From positions 1 to 64,000 of the IMG/VR virus record IMGVR_UViG_2861736478_000001: 64,000 bases of DNA; one strand, 5' to 3'. Below, piece by piece: positions 1-9,110 of the stretch (its first letter is position 1; each line of letters begins with the position of its first letter). This stretch comes from a virus (Duplodnaviria > Caudoviricetes). Position numbers and translations under genes: made by a program. The notes under the pieces were generated by a model, which did not search any database, had not been told where the DNA came from, and saw only the letters and a program-made list of their open reading frames with translations.

Positions 1-264
1 ATGACTGAAGTGCCCACCTTCAACCCCGACCGGTCCATCCCTGTCGTCCTCACTGAGGGCCTGGTGCTGGACATCCTGTACGGCCTAGAGCAGGCCGCCG
101 CCGAGTATCACGAGGTGGGATTCTGCGCCGACTGCAACCGCACGGTCAGGGAATCCGGGATCTCTGACCTGCCCTGCGAAAACCATGCCATCGACTTCGC
201 GAAGGCAGACAGATGGCTGGACGCCATCGCCGCGCTGAAGAAGCTGACTGGGATCACCGTATGA
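1..264 (+). CDS. Hypothetical phage protein (CxxC motif), possibly 5'-truncated
   Basis: ORF track; stop overlaps next ATG (ATGA at 261-264). Confidence 0.6.
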   Translation: MTEVPTFNPDRSIPVVLTEGLVLDILYGLEQAAAEYHEVGFCADCNRTVRESGISDLPCENHAIDFAKADRWLDAIAALKKLTGITV

Positions 265-485
265 CCGCCGTCGTCTGGTCGAACCTCATCCGGCCGCTGG
301 AGTCCAACTGGCCGTGCGCGGCCCCCGGCTGCGCCGACCCCGCCGAGGTGGCCATCACCGCCGACGGCTGGCGCTATGGCCTGTGCTGGGCCGATGCGGA
401 GCGGTACCCCAGCTTCGACCCCGAGCTCCTCGACAACCGGACCGCCGCGGCGTCTTCCGAGACGCCCCCGCTTCCCACGCCTTGA
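261..485 (+). CDS. Small Cys-containing hypothetical protein
   Basis: ATG 261 coupled to upstream stop; CxxxxC...C pattern. Confidence 0.55.
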   Translation: MTAVVWSNLIRPLESNWPCAAPGCADPAEVAITADGWRYGLCWADAERYPSFDPELLDNRTAAASSETPPLPTP

Positions 486-530
486 CCGAATGCGGGCGGC
501 TCGACAGCCACGGGCCGCCCGCGCAAACCC

Positions 531-548
531 GCAAGCGAAACCGCTATC
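531..548. promoter_or_regulatory. GCAAGC-N6-GCTTGC family operator-like site
   Basis: GCAAGC GAAACC GCTATC, 20 nt upstream of ATG 568. Confidence 0.6.
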
Positions 549-567
549 GATAGGACCTCACCCGAAC

Positions 568-1212
568 ATGGCACCAAGAACCAAGGCCCGGCGTCAGCGC
601 CGACGCGTCACCGACGACATGAAGAACAAGGCTGCCGAGAAGAAGGCGGTGGCCAACGCTCTGCTGGAAAGCTACGCAGAGCTGCTTATCGCTGACCCGG
701 GCGAGCTGGACCTGTTCTGCGCGATGGCGGCCAGCATCGGCGTCAAGAACGACCCCGCCGACGAGAGTGCCGAAGGCTACTCGGCGAAGAACGTGATGCT
801 GCTCGCCGCGCAGCGCAGGCCCATCTCCCACTGCGGCAGCTTCAGCTACTGGCTCGCCCAGGGCCGCTGCGTCAAGAGCGGCGAGAAAGGCATGGTCACC
901 TTCCGCCGCGCAGGCCGCAAGAACGAAGACAGCGAGGAGGACAAGAAGGCCCGCGAGAAGGGCGAGATCACGATCCCGCCCAAGGTGCGCTGGTTCGTCA
1001 AGGGCGGCACGTTCGACGTGCGCCAGACCCGCCCGATCGAGACCTGCCTGTTCTGCGGCACTACCCCGGCCAGCGCCGACGACACCACCACTGAGTGCCC
1101 CGCCACATGCGAAGTGTTCGCGCTGCGCTCCGGCCCTGTGGTCGACCCCGGCGCCGCGCTGACGCTCGCCGAGGAGATCGTCGCGGCGGGGGAAGACGAG
1201 GCCGACCTGTGA
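568..1212 (+). CDS. ArdC-like N-terminal ssDNA-binding domain protein
   Basis: YSAKNVMLLAAQ...GSFSYWLAQGRCVKSGEKG matches the ArdC/DUF1738 YS..N..L..Q...F..W...GR.V.KGEKG signature. Confidence 0.75.
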   Translation: MAPRTKARRQRRRVTDDMKNKAAEKKAVANALLESYAELLIADPGELDLFCAMAASIGVKNDPADESAEGYSAKNVMLLAAQRRPISHCGSFSYWLAQGRCVKSGEKGMVTFRRAGRKNEDSEEDKKAREKGEITIPPKVRWFVKGGTFDVRQTRPIETCLFCGTTPASADDTTTECPATCEVFALRSGPVVDPGAALTLAEEIVAAGEDEADL

Positions 1213-2825
1213 TCACGATCAGGCACACCCACGTCGACGGCACGCTGGTCGAGGGCACGAGGAAGGGCGACGGAGCCTGGGAGATCCTCAAGCCGATCGG
1301 GTTCCACTACTTCCCGTCCATCCGCGCCATCGGCATCCGGCACTCCCGCGACCGGGTCGCCGACCGCTGGAAGATCAACCGAGGCGCGGAGAAGCTGCGC
1401 GAGGCCGGATTCGAGGTGGCAGTCGAGATCGACGACGAGCACCGCGACCGGGCGACGGTGCTCGCCGATCAGGCCGACCGGCTGGAGGACCGTCGCCACG
1501 CGTTGGAGAACAAAGCAGAGCGTCACGCTGGCCGGGCCGCCTCCGCGTACGGCAGGGCCCACGAGATCGCGGACGGCATCCCGATGGGCCAGCCGATCCT
1601 CATCGGGCACCACTCCGAGCGGCGAGCCCGTAAGGATCGGGAGAAGATCGACCGGGCAATGCAGACCGGGGCGCAGGAGAGCGACCTCGCGCACGAGACG
1701 GCACGCCGTGCGAACGCAGTCGGCTCAGCTGCCGCCCACTCCGCCAGGCCCAGGGTGACCGCCCGCCGCATCAAGAAGGCGGAGACCGAACTGCGCGGCA
1801 TCCAGCGGAGCCTGGACGGATACGAGCGGGTGTTCCGGGATTACAAGGGCGATCCGTACTACATCGAGACCCACCAGCCCGTCACCGGCCAGCAGCGCGA
1901 GCAGCTGCTCGCCCGCAAGGCACAGCTGGAGGACCAGCTCGCCTACGACAAGCAGCAGGTCGCCGCCGCCGTCGAGGAAGGCGTGCTCGTCGAGTACGGC
2001 AAGCACAATGTGCACGTCGGCGACCGGGTCTGGGCGTGGGGCTACAACGGGCTGGCCATGAGGGTCAACACGGTGACCGTGCGGCTGGACTTCCGCGACC
2101 ACTGGCAGCCGAAGGTGCCGTTCACCGACGTGCTGAAGGTGGAGTGTCCGCACGCCGACGATGGGCCGGTCGTCGCAGCCACCAGCAGCCGGCCAGTGGC
2201 GAAGCGGGAGAAGGTGGCGGTCGCCCCGATCGTGGACCAGGAGGCGATGGCCGCCCTCAAGTCGAAGGTCGCCGCGGTGAACACCACGGCGTCGGCGCAC
2301 TTGGATGTGTTCGTCACCCCTCCGGAACTCGCCGTCCGGCTTGCGGCCCAGGCCGGAGTTCGGGCAGGGGTCACGGTGCTGGAACCTTCGGCGGGTACGG
2401 GCAACATCGCGCGAGCGGCTGCGGCGTGCGGCGGGCTGGTGGACTGCGTGGAGTTCCACCCGGGCATGGCGGGACAGCTCGCCGACGCCGGTCTTGCTCG
2501 GGCGGTCCTGGCCGCGGACTTCCTCACCGTCGACCCCGGACTTGAAGAGCTCCGCCCGGATGGCTACGACGCCGTGATCATGAACCCGCCGTTCCGATCC
2601 GGTAAGGACATCGCGCACGTCAACCACGCGCTCAGGTTCGTCAAGCCGGGCGGGACCTTGGTCGCCGTCATGAGCGCGGGAGTGGCGCATGGTACGAGAA
2701 CCGCTGCCGTCGCCTTCCGCGGCATGGTAGAGGCCCGCGCCGGTCGGATCGAGCAGCTGCCGGCGGAGACGTTCAAGGCGTCGGGGACTCTGGTCAGAGC
2801 TCTCCTCGTCGTCATCCCCGGCTGA
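1209..2825 (+). CDS. DUF3560 domain + N6-adenine methyltransferase fusion
   Basis: GQPILIGHHSERRARKD (DUF3560 hallmark); motif I VLEPSAGTG; motif IV IMNPPF; GTG 1209 overlaps upstream TGA. Confidence 0.85.
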   Translation: MITIRHTHVDGTLVEGTRKGDGAWEILKPIGFHYFPSIRAIGIRHSRDRVADRWKINRGAEKLREAGFEVAVEIDDEHRDRATVLADQADRLEDRRHALENKAERHAGRAASAYGRAHEIADGIPMGQPILIGHHSERRARKDREKIDRAMQTGAQESDLAHETARRANAVGSAAAHSARPRVTARRIKKAETELRGIQRSLDGYERVFRDYKGDPYYIETHQPVTGQQREQLLARKAQLEDQLAYDKQQVAAAVEEGVLVEYGKHNVHVGDRVWAWGYNGLAMRVNTVTVRLDFRDHWQPKVPFTDVLKVECPHADDGPVVAATSSRPVAKREKVAVAPIVDQEAMAALKSKVAAVNTTASAHLDVFVTPPELAVRLAAQAGVRAGVTVLEPSAGTGNIARAAAACGGLVDCVEFHPGMAGQLADAGLARAVLAADFLTVDPGLEELRPDGYDAVIMNPPFRSGKDIAHVNHALRFVKPGGTLVAVMSAGVAHGTRTAAVAFRGMVEARAGRIEQLPAETFKASGTLVRALLVVIPG

Positions 2826-2832
2826 GGCGAAC

Positions 2833-3615
2833 GTGCACCCGATCGCGAAGCTCGCCGCACGGCTCGCCGCCTGGGAAGATCTGGCGCGGCGCGGTACGAC
2901 GGAGCACGAACGTGCCGCCGCCGACGAGCGGGCCGAGGCGCTGCGCCGCAGGTTGCGGCAGGAACGCGCGCAAGAGTGGTACGAGTGGCGCAGTCTCGCC
3001 ATCCCGGAGACCGGCGGGTACGGCAAGGCCCGCTACCTGGCGATGGTGTCGATCGTGAAGGCGTACGGCTGCATCTTGCCGACGTACGGCCCGGGAGACT
3101 CGCCGCGCGATCGGTGGGGCGGCTACCTGCTGCGTTTCGGCGGACTCGGCGGCCTGGCCGAGCAGGTCGCGCTGAGGCTGCCTGACCTGCTCGCGGAGAT
3201 CGACGAGGCGTCGAAGGCCGCAGTAAAGATCTACAACGTCCACCTCCGGGCGTTGCCGGACACCGAGCACGACCCGAAGTGGTCGCCGTCGCTGCGTCGC
3301 CGCTTCCGCGCCGACTACATCGCCACCTACGGCAGCGTCCTCGCCCACAAGATCATCCTTCATGGGGGGAGTCCTGAGCTGCCGTTTTCTGACAGCCCCG
3401 ATGGCTTCTCCAGGGCCCTCGCCGACGCCGCACAGGCTGACGTGAGGCGGTTGGAGCTCGGCGGAGGGATCGATGCGCCCATGGCGCGGCTGTCCCGTCG
3501 CCGGGTTCACGTCCTGGAGTTGTCGCGCCGGATGGACCGGCCGACTAGGCCGCCAGCGGAAACGCTGGCGGTAAGAATGTCCGCACTACAAAGGGAAACA
3601 GGAGATCGATCATGA
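2833..3615 (+). CDS. Hypothetical protein (N-terminus loosely DUF2786-like)
   Basis: 260-aa ORF, GC-rich codon usage, coupled to HU gene. Confidence 0.65.
   Translation: MHPIAKLAARLAAWEDLARRGTTEHERAAADERAEALRRRLRQERAQEWYEWRSLAIPETGGYGKARYLAMVSIVKAYGCILPTYGPGDSPRDRWGGYLLRFGGLGGLAEQVALRLPDLLAEIDEASKAAVKIYNVHLRALPDTEHDPKWSPSLRRRFRADYIATYGSVLAHKIILHGGSPELPFSDSPDGFSRALADAAQADVRRLELGGGIDAPMARLSRRRVHVLELSRRMDRPTRPPAETLAVRMSALQRETGDRS
3552..3569. promoter_or_regulatory. Operator-like palindrome (GCAAGC-N6 family variant)
   Basis: CCGCCAGC GGAAAC GCTGGCGG perfect 8-bp arms, ~43 nt upstream of HU start. Confidence 0.6.
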
Positions 3616-3911
3616 ACAAGCGTGAGTTGGTCGAGGCCGTGGCCGCGGAAGCCGGACTGACCAAGAGCTCTGCGGCCGAGGCGGTCAACGCCGTGCTGGA
3701 TGTGATCACCAACACCGTGGCCACTGGCGAGAAGGTGAGCATCACCGGGTTCGGCTCGTTCGAGCAGGTCCACAAGCCTGCCCGCGCCGCTCGCAACCCC
3801 TCTACCGGGGCCGAGGTCGAGGTCGCGGAGAGCTGGGCGCCCAAGTTCCGGCCCGGTTCGGACTTCAAGGAACTGGTGAACATTAACGGCCGCCGGGCCG
3901 CCGACAGCTAG
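3612..3911 (+). CDS. hup: HU-family histone-like DNA-binding protein
   Basis: MNKRELVEAVA...GEKVSITGFGSFEQVHKPARAARNPSTG...PKFRPGSDFKE. Confidence 0.95.
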   Translation: MNKRELVEAVAAEAGLTKSSAAEAVNAVLDVITNTVATGEKVSITGFGSFEQVHKPARAARNPSTGAEVEVAESWAPKFRPGSDFKELVNINGRRAADS

Positions 3912-3918
3912 CACCGCT

Positions 3919-3956
3919 CGGGTGCGAGCGTAGGGCACGCTCGCACCCGCTCTTTT
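3919..3956 (+). terminator. Intrinsic terminator after hup
   Basis: 13-bp stem CGGGTGCGAGCGT/ACGCTCGCACCCG, 5-nt loop, followed by CTCTTTT. Confidence 0.8.
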
Positions 3957-4026
3957 GCGCGCCAACAACAACGGCTCCGCTGCGTCGCCGCTCAGCTGGT
4001 TACGAGGGTCGCGCGGTGACAGCAGA

Positions 4027-4479
4027 TCACCATCGAGCGCCGAGCTCGAACCAGGTCACGCCTGACGGGGGATGCCAGGAGAAGGCATGGAGTGTGTAGT
4101 TGTCTGCGGGCATGCCATTGCACACCCAGGACTGAGCCGGAGCCTCAAGCTGGAAGTCGATTTCGCAGACCACTTGGTATCCCCACCTTCGTCGAAGTTG
4201 CCAGTGAGCTGGCCCATTCCCGTCCGCGTCGATGTCGATGGCGATGGTTCCTCCGGGAAAGTCCGGAAATTGCATCATGCATCCCGTCCTGTATTGCCCA
4301 GGTGCAGCCTGGCAGCGTTGAGTTGGGTTGGCCGCTGTTGCGGCATTCGGCTTCTGCCGGAGAGAAGCCGCTTGTGGGGTGTTAGCCGATACAGATGTCG
4401 CTGAACTGGGAACCGGCGTTCCGGAGATGGCCAGGCATGCGGCTGCGCCTAACGTGATGCCGATCTTCTTGACGTTCAA
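4027..4479 (-). CDS. Secreted protein (moron), small Cys-containing beta domain
   Basis: TTG start with GGAGA RBS; signal peptide MNVKKIGITLGAAACLAISG; 4 Cys; lower GC than flanks. Confidence 0.75.
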   Translation of the reverse strand: MNVKKIGITLGAAACLAISGTPVPSSATSVSANTPQAASLRQKPNAATAANPTQRCQAAPGQYRTGCMMQFPDFPGGTIAIDIDADGNGPAHWQLRRRWGYQVVCEIDFQLEAPAQSWVCNGMPADNYTLHAFSWHPPSGVTWFELGARW

Positions 4480-4944
4480 GTCTCCGCCCCTTCTATGGAT
4501 AAGTGCGGTAAGGCCTGGTAGGCGAGGTGCTTATGGCCTTATCTGTACACCACGAAGGTTGATCGGAGTCAGAGCGCGAGAGCCAATCAATCAACTCCAA
4601 CCAATTCTGGTCGCCAAGACAATGGAGGATGTCGATGCGAATGCCCCGCATGGGAGTGGAGAGGCCAATGTTGAGAGTGTGCAGTCTCTACCGAAGCACT
4701 GCTGATCGTGCTGCGGGTGGAGGTGCCCTTTATCTTGAGGATTGACCAGGCGATCAGGCCGAGCTCAAGGAATAGGGTGATGAGGCCAGGATTGCCTTAT
4801 CGAAGAAGACGCAAAGACCATGGCGCTGCAGGCGTTTGGAACGCTGCCATGTCTCTTCGATGAAGAATTTTCACATTCTATTGAAGACCCCAGAGCCTCT
4901 ATCGGGCTGCGACAAGCCTTTACCTCAATCTCCGAAGCCGGGAC

Positions 4945-5502
4945 TTAGATGTGATGCGGAATCCTCATGCGCATGAAATAGGCGTTCAGGGCCGTCTCGA
5001 CCATGTCCTGGGGGCCCATCACCATGTTCTCGCAGGCGTAGGTCAGCCTCGCGTCCGTCAGAGGCAGCACACGGACGCCGATGGGGACCAGGTCGAGGTG
5101 TGCGGTGCCGTGGGTGCGTTTGCGCGGGGTGCGCTCCCGCGGTTCCCTCTCGCCCTTTGGCAGGGGCAGGTCCTTGGGGACGCCGAGGGCGTCGAAGTAG
5201 AGGTTGAGGGCGTCCTCGATGACCTTCTGAGGGCCGCCGCCCGTGACGGCGCAGGCTGCGCTGAGGCGGGAGTTGACGGCTGGCTCGATCCGCACGGCGA
5301 GACGGACACGTTCGGTGGGCTGCTTGATACGACGGGGCGTCGTCTCCATCTCACGGCTTCGGCCGGTCCGCGCTGGCGCTTTCGCTTGTTCGGCTCCCGG
5401 GGTGCTGTGATCGTCGCCGGGCTCGACGAACAGGGCTCGCGGAGCTGCTTCGTCGGGCTGTTCTTGCGGCTTTGCCCTTGCCATGAGGGTGGCCTTCTCC
5501 AT
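4945..5502 (-). CDS. Tandem ribbon-helix-helix DNA-binding protein
   Basis: Two similar units RVRLAVRIEPAVNSRLSAACAVTGGGPQKVIEDALNLYF and LVPIGVRVLPLTDARLTYACENMVMGPQDMVETALNAYF after a disordered N-terminus. Confidence 0.7.
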   Translation of the reverse strand: MEKATLMARAKPQEQPDEAAPRALFVEPGDDHSTPGAEQAKAPARTGRSREMETTPRRIKQPTERVRLAVRIEPAVNSRLSAACAVTGGGPQKVIEDALNLYFDALGVPKDLPLPKGEREPRERTPRKRTHGTAHLDLVPIGVRVLPLTDARLTYACENMVMGPQDMVETALNAYFMRMRIPHHI

Positions 5503-5574
5503 CCGGCTCAGGAGTCGTCTCCCCTAAGTGATCCCACGTTTCCGGTTTTTGCGCAAACCGCAACGCCGAATTCA

Positions 5575-5592
5575 GCATGCGAAAGCGCTTGC
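5575..5592. promoter_or_regulatory. GCAAGC-N6-GCTTGC family site
   Basis: GCATGC GAAAGC GCTTGC upstream of the RHH gene. Confidence 0.6.
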
Positions 5593-5797
5593 ACGATGGA
5601 TCGGGAAAGGGGTCTGTATGCGTCTGTGAGAGTCCGTGACGGTCCCTGACTCCCTGTCGGGTCCCATCCCCTTCGGATTGCGTCTGTCGCTGTCTCTGGA
5701 GCTCTCAGAGTGTTCTCGTGTGAGTTGCAAAAACGCATGGAAATTGAGAGACTTTGAGTGATCGCTAAGCGTAAACCGGCAGGTCAGAACGGTGAAC

Positions 5798-5815
5798 GCA
5801 AGCGAAAACGCTGGC
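5798..5815. promoter_or_regulatory. GCAAGC-N6-GCTTGC family site
   Basis: GCAAGC GAAAAC GCTGGC upstream of the DUF2786 gene. Confidence 0.65.
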
Positions 5816-5866
5816 GACTAGCCATCGCCAGCCCTCACCCGAACCAAGCCTGCGAACGGAGTCCAC

Positions 5867-6605
5867 GTGACAGACGTGCCCGACAAGATGCTCAAGCGCA
5901 TCCAGGGCCTTCTCGCCAAGGCCCAGGCCACCAACTTCGAGGCCGAAGCCGACACCTACATGGCGGCGGCCCTGAAGCTCATGGCCAAGTACGGCGTCGA
6001 GATGGCCCATCTCGCCGACAGCGGCCAAGTCGCCGACGAAGTCACCACCTTCGAGGTCCTCATCGGAACCTCCTACGGCGTCGACCGGCGTGCCCTGCTC
6101 GTCAACATCGCCCGCGCCAAGCGGTGCCGACCCGTCTACAGGCAGATGCCTAACGGCTACCTGGTGACGATCGTCGGCCACGCCTCCGACCTGGAGCAGG
6201 TCAAATTGCTCAACGCCTCCCTCCAGCTCCAGATGGGCAAGGGCGCACGCACCGCTCGCGACAGCAGCGGCAAGAGCTCCACTGGGTTCAGGAAGGGCTG
6301 GATGCTCGGCTTCTATACCCGTGTCTACGAACGCATGATGGACGCCGAACGCGCCGCGACGAGCGAACCGCGCCCCGCCGACACCGCGTCGGCCACGGGC
6401 CGCTCGACAGAACTGGTCCTGGCCAGCCGCGAACAGGCGGTCCAGGCGTCCTTCGAGAAGCGATACCCGAAACTCGGCAAGGCGCCGAAACGGACGCTGA
6501 CCAACGCCTCCGGCTACAGCGCCGGGCGCGCGGCCGGCGACCCAGGCCGACATCGGCGGCAGTAACCGCGTATCCGCCACCGCGGCGCAGGGCTCGCTTC
6601 GGTGA
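5867..6605 (+). CDS. DUF2786 domain protein with an apparent +1 frameshift near its 3' end (~6542)
   Basis: KRIQGLLAKAQATNFEAEADTYMAAALKLMAKYG; removing one C at 6541-6543 gives GDQADIGGSNRV...LR* with TGA at 6603-6605 overlapping next GTG 6602. Confidence 0.8.
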
Positions 6606-6934
6606 AGCGCCACGCCCTGCCGCTGGACGAGCACAACCCTGTGGTCTTCCTGGTCCGCACCGACACCCGGATCGAGCTGATGACGCTCGCCGCCTACACC
6701 GCCTACTCCCGCGAGCAGCTGGCCGTTCCGGTCTGGGAGAGCGAGCGGCCGATCGCACGCATGTTCCGCCACGGCTCCGACCCGATCGGCCCCTTCGAGC
6801 CGGTCTGGTGGAACCTCTGCGACAGCTACGGAGCCCTCTACGCCTTCCTCGTCACCAATCACGGCGTACACATCCGGTTCGGCAGCACGCCGTACCAGAT
6901 CACCCTGCGCGAAGCGCCCGCTCCCACCCCCTGA
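6602..6934 (+). CDS. Hypothetical phage protein
   Basis: ORF track, coupled start, typical codon usage. Confidence 0.6.
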   Translation: MKRHALPLDEHNPVVFLVRTDTRIELMTLAAYTAYSREQLAVPVWESERPIARMFRHGSDPIGPFEPVWWNLCDSYGALYAFLVTNHGVHIRFGSTPYQITLREAPAPTP

Positions 6935-6991
6935 TCTTCCGCTGGCTCCGCCGCAAGGCGGAGCCAGCACCCCTGCAACGGAGGCCCACTC

Positions 6992-7180
6992 ATGTATCTG
7001 CCAACTGTCGACGACATCGCAACCGAGATCCACGACGGCCTGCTCCAGGCGCTCATCGCCACCGACGACTCAGAGAAGCTGCCCACACCCGATGAGCTCG
7101 TCTACAACGGCGGCGACATTGTGACCGTCGTCTACCCCACCCGCCGCTTCACGATCACCGTCAGCCAGGAGGACGCGTGA
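6992..7180 (+). CDS. Hypothetical protein
   Basis: GGAGG RBS; coupled to next gene. Confidence 0.65.
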   Translation: MYLPTVDDIATEIHDGLLQALIATDDSEKLPTPDELVYNGGDIVTVVYPTRRFTITVSQEDA

Positions 7181-7392
7181 TGGAGCTCGCCGACTTCGTG
7201 CCCGGCGACCGGGTCGAGTTCATCGCTACGACCGACCCCTACTCGCGGCTCCAGCCGGGCGATCGTGGAAACGTCATCCGCGTGGACCCGATGGGCGGCG
7301 TCGCCGTCCGCTGGGACTCCGGCGCCGTACTCGGCATGCTGCCCGACCAGGGCGACGAGATTAGGCGCATCGGGGGACGCGCCGATGTATGA
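7177..7392 (+). CDS. DUF4314 domain protein
   Basis: PGDRVEFIATTDPYSRLQPGDRGNVIRVDPMGGVAVRWDSGAVLGMLPDQGDEI. Confidence 0.85.
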   Translation: MMELADFVPGDRVEFIATTDPYSRLQPGDRGNVIRVDPMGGVAVRWDSGAVLGMLPDQGDEIRRIGGRADV

Positions 7393-7936
7393 CGCCGACC
7401 AGCTCAGCGCCATCCTGACCGGGCACGGCCTGACCGCCGTACCCGACGGGACCGGCGTGTTCATCGCTGTCGCCGCGGACACCGAGATCTGGCTCTGGGC
7501 CACAGCGAACGGATGGGAGCTCGGCTACGCCACCAGCTCGCCCACCTCCCCGGACGGCGCACACATGCTCGTCGCCAGCGACGTGCCGGACGCGATGGTC
7601 GTCGCCTTCGCCCTGGCGCTCATCGCCGAGCTGGAGAACCGCATCGGCCCCGAGGTCACCTTTGACCTGCGCAACGAGGCCGGTGGACTCGCCGCGCTCA
7701 AGTGGCTGACGCTCCACATCGACAAGCCCATCACCGTAGCGCTCGCCTTCACCAACGGCACGCCCTTCTACACCTGGGACCTCACTGAGGCCCACGCCGC
7801 CTACGTCACGATCAGCCGCCACCAAGACGGCTTCGTCCTCAAGGTGAAGCCCTGGAATGAGCCGAGCCTGTCCCTGACCGGCACCATCGTGTGCTGCTCC
7901 TACCTGAACCAGAAGGAGGGGCAACCGGATGCGTGA
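7385..7936 (+). CDS. Hypothetical protein
   Basis: ORF track, overlaps with neighbours. Confidence 0.6.
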   Translation: MYDADQLSAILTGHGLTAVPDGTGVFIAVAADTEIWLWATANGWELGYATSSPTSPDGAHMLVASDVPDAMVVAFALALIAELENRIGPEVTFDLRNEAGGLAALKWLTLHIDKPITVALAFTNGTPFYTWDLTEAHAAYVTISRHQDGFVLKVKPWNEPSLSLTGTIVCCSYLNQKEGQPDA

Positions 7937-8243
7937 GCCGTATGGCTGGGCCATCGCCGTCGACCACTGCGGCGGCGAGTACGCCGGGCGCTTCTTCCTC
8001 CGCGGATCTGGGAGCCGCGCCGCACGAGCCCGGGTGCGCGCCGCGCTCCGGACCGGCCAGGGCACCCCGTTCCGGATCTACGACGGCGACGGGCGGCTCG
8101 ACTACGAGGGAACCCTCGTGGTCCCGCCGGGAGAGGAGGGCGGAGCGCTCTGGTTCGCGCCGAAAGACTGGGCCGCCGCCGACACCGGATCGGCCGAGAT
8201 CCGCTACCTCAACCCCGACACCGGAGCGTGGGAACCGCTGTGA
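7929..8243 (+). CDS. Conserved phage hypothetical protein (F.IYD.DG.L.YEG family)
   Basis: PFRIYDGDGRLDYEG...EIRYLNPDTGAWEPL; AGGAGG RBS. Confidence 0.65.
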   Translation: MREPYGWAIAVDHCGGEYAGRFFLRGSGSRAARARVRAALRTGQGTPFRIYDGDGRLDYEGTLVVPPGEEGGALWFAPKDWAAADTGSAEIRYLNPDTGAWEPL

Positions 8244-8467
8244 CGGCGCACCCGGCCGGATGCCCGTGCGATTCCTGCGCGGGCATCCACTGGCCGCCCC
8301 CTGACGAGATTCGCGTCGACTGGGCCCAGCTCCAGGCCGACGCCGACCTGCTCGGCGACCTGGCTGCCGAGTTCGGCCACAACAGCCACGCCCCCAAGAT
8401 CCGCGGCGACCACACGGTGGTCTGCTGCGGGACCACCCTGCCACTCACGATCAACGGAGCATCATGA
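8240..8467 (+). CDS. Small Cys-rich hypothetical protein
   Basis: GTGA overlap with upstream stop, ATGA overlap downstream. Confidence 0.55.
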   Translation: MTAHPAGCPCDSCAGIHWPPPDEIRVDWAQLQADADLLGDLAAEFGHNSHAPKIRGDHTVVCCGTTLPLTINGAS

Positions 8468-8697
8468 GTACCCTCGCCGAACTGGTCGCGGCCACCGGCC
8501 TCCCCGCCTCGCACCCCATCAGACAGCTGCCCAGCGTGACCTGGCACATCGCGAACCCACTGGACAGGGTGGGCATACGCACGCTGGGCGATCTCGCCGA
8601 TCACTGCGACGACGAGATGCTCCGCTACACCGGGTTCGGGCCGGGCCGCCTGACCAAGCTCAAGGAAGCGCTCGCAACCCTCGGCGGCGGTGCGTGA
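8464..8697 (+). CDS. Stand-alone RNA polymerase alpha-CTD-like (helix-hairpin-helix) protein
   Basis: NPLDRVGIRTLGDLADHCDDEMLRYTGFGPGRLTKLKEAL resembles alpha-CTD N.L.R.GI.T.GDL....E.E.L...NFG...L.EI...L. Confidence 0.65.
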   Translation: MSTLAELVAATGLPASHPIRQLPSVTWHIANPLDRVGIRTLGDLADHCDDEMLRYTGFGPGRLTKLKEALATLGGGA

Positions 8698-9110
8698 TGC
8701 CTCGTCTCGTCGTCAAAGTGGAGCCGTTCTCCAACCGCTGGCACGTCGCGATCTGCCGGACCGGCGTCTGCATCTTCGTGTCGCCGCGGCAGGTCGTGAA
8801 GGTCGCAGCCGAAGAGGCCGCTGCGCACCACCGTCAATGGCACCGGGCCAACCCCGGCAAGGAATGGACGCGACTGCCGGAACCGGTCATGGAGTGGAAC
8901 AACGACAAACCGCACCGATGCCCTGCCTGCCATACCATCGCCGTCGATCTCGACGGTCACCCGCAGGCCGGGTGGATCTATACGTGCTGTGCCTGCAAGA
9001 CCCGGTTCGCCGACGATCCCGGCGACTCGCTGCTGCGCGAGGCAGGAAGCTGCTGCACCGAGCATCCGGCCGGCCGGCCGTCCATGCCTGACCTGAGAGG
9101 CACTTCATGA
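8694..9110 (+). CDS. Zn-ribbon hypothetical protein
   Basis: CPAC...CCAC; coupled. Confidence 0.6.
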   Translation: MMPRLVVKVEPFSNRWHVAICRTGVCIFVSPRQVVKVAAEEAAAHHRQWHRANPGKEWTRLPEPVMEWNNDKPHRCPACHTIAVDLDGHPQAGWIYTCCACKTRFADDPGDSLLREAGSCCTEHPAGRPSMPDLRGTS

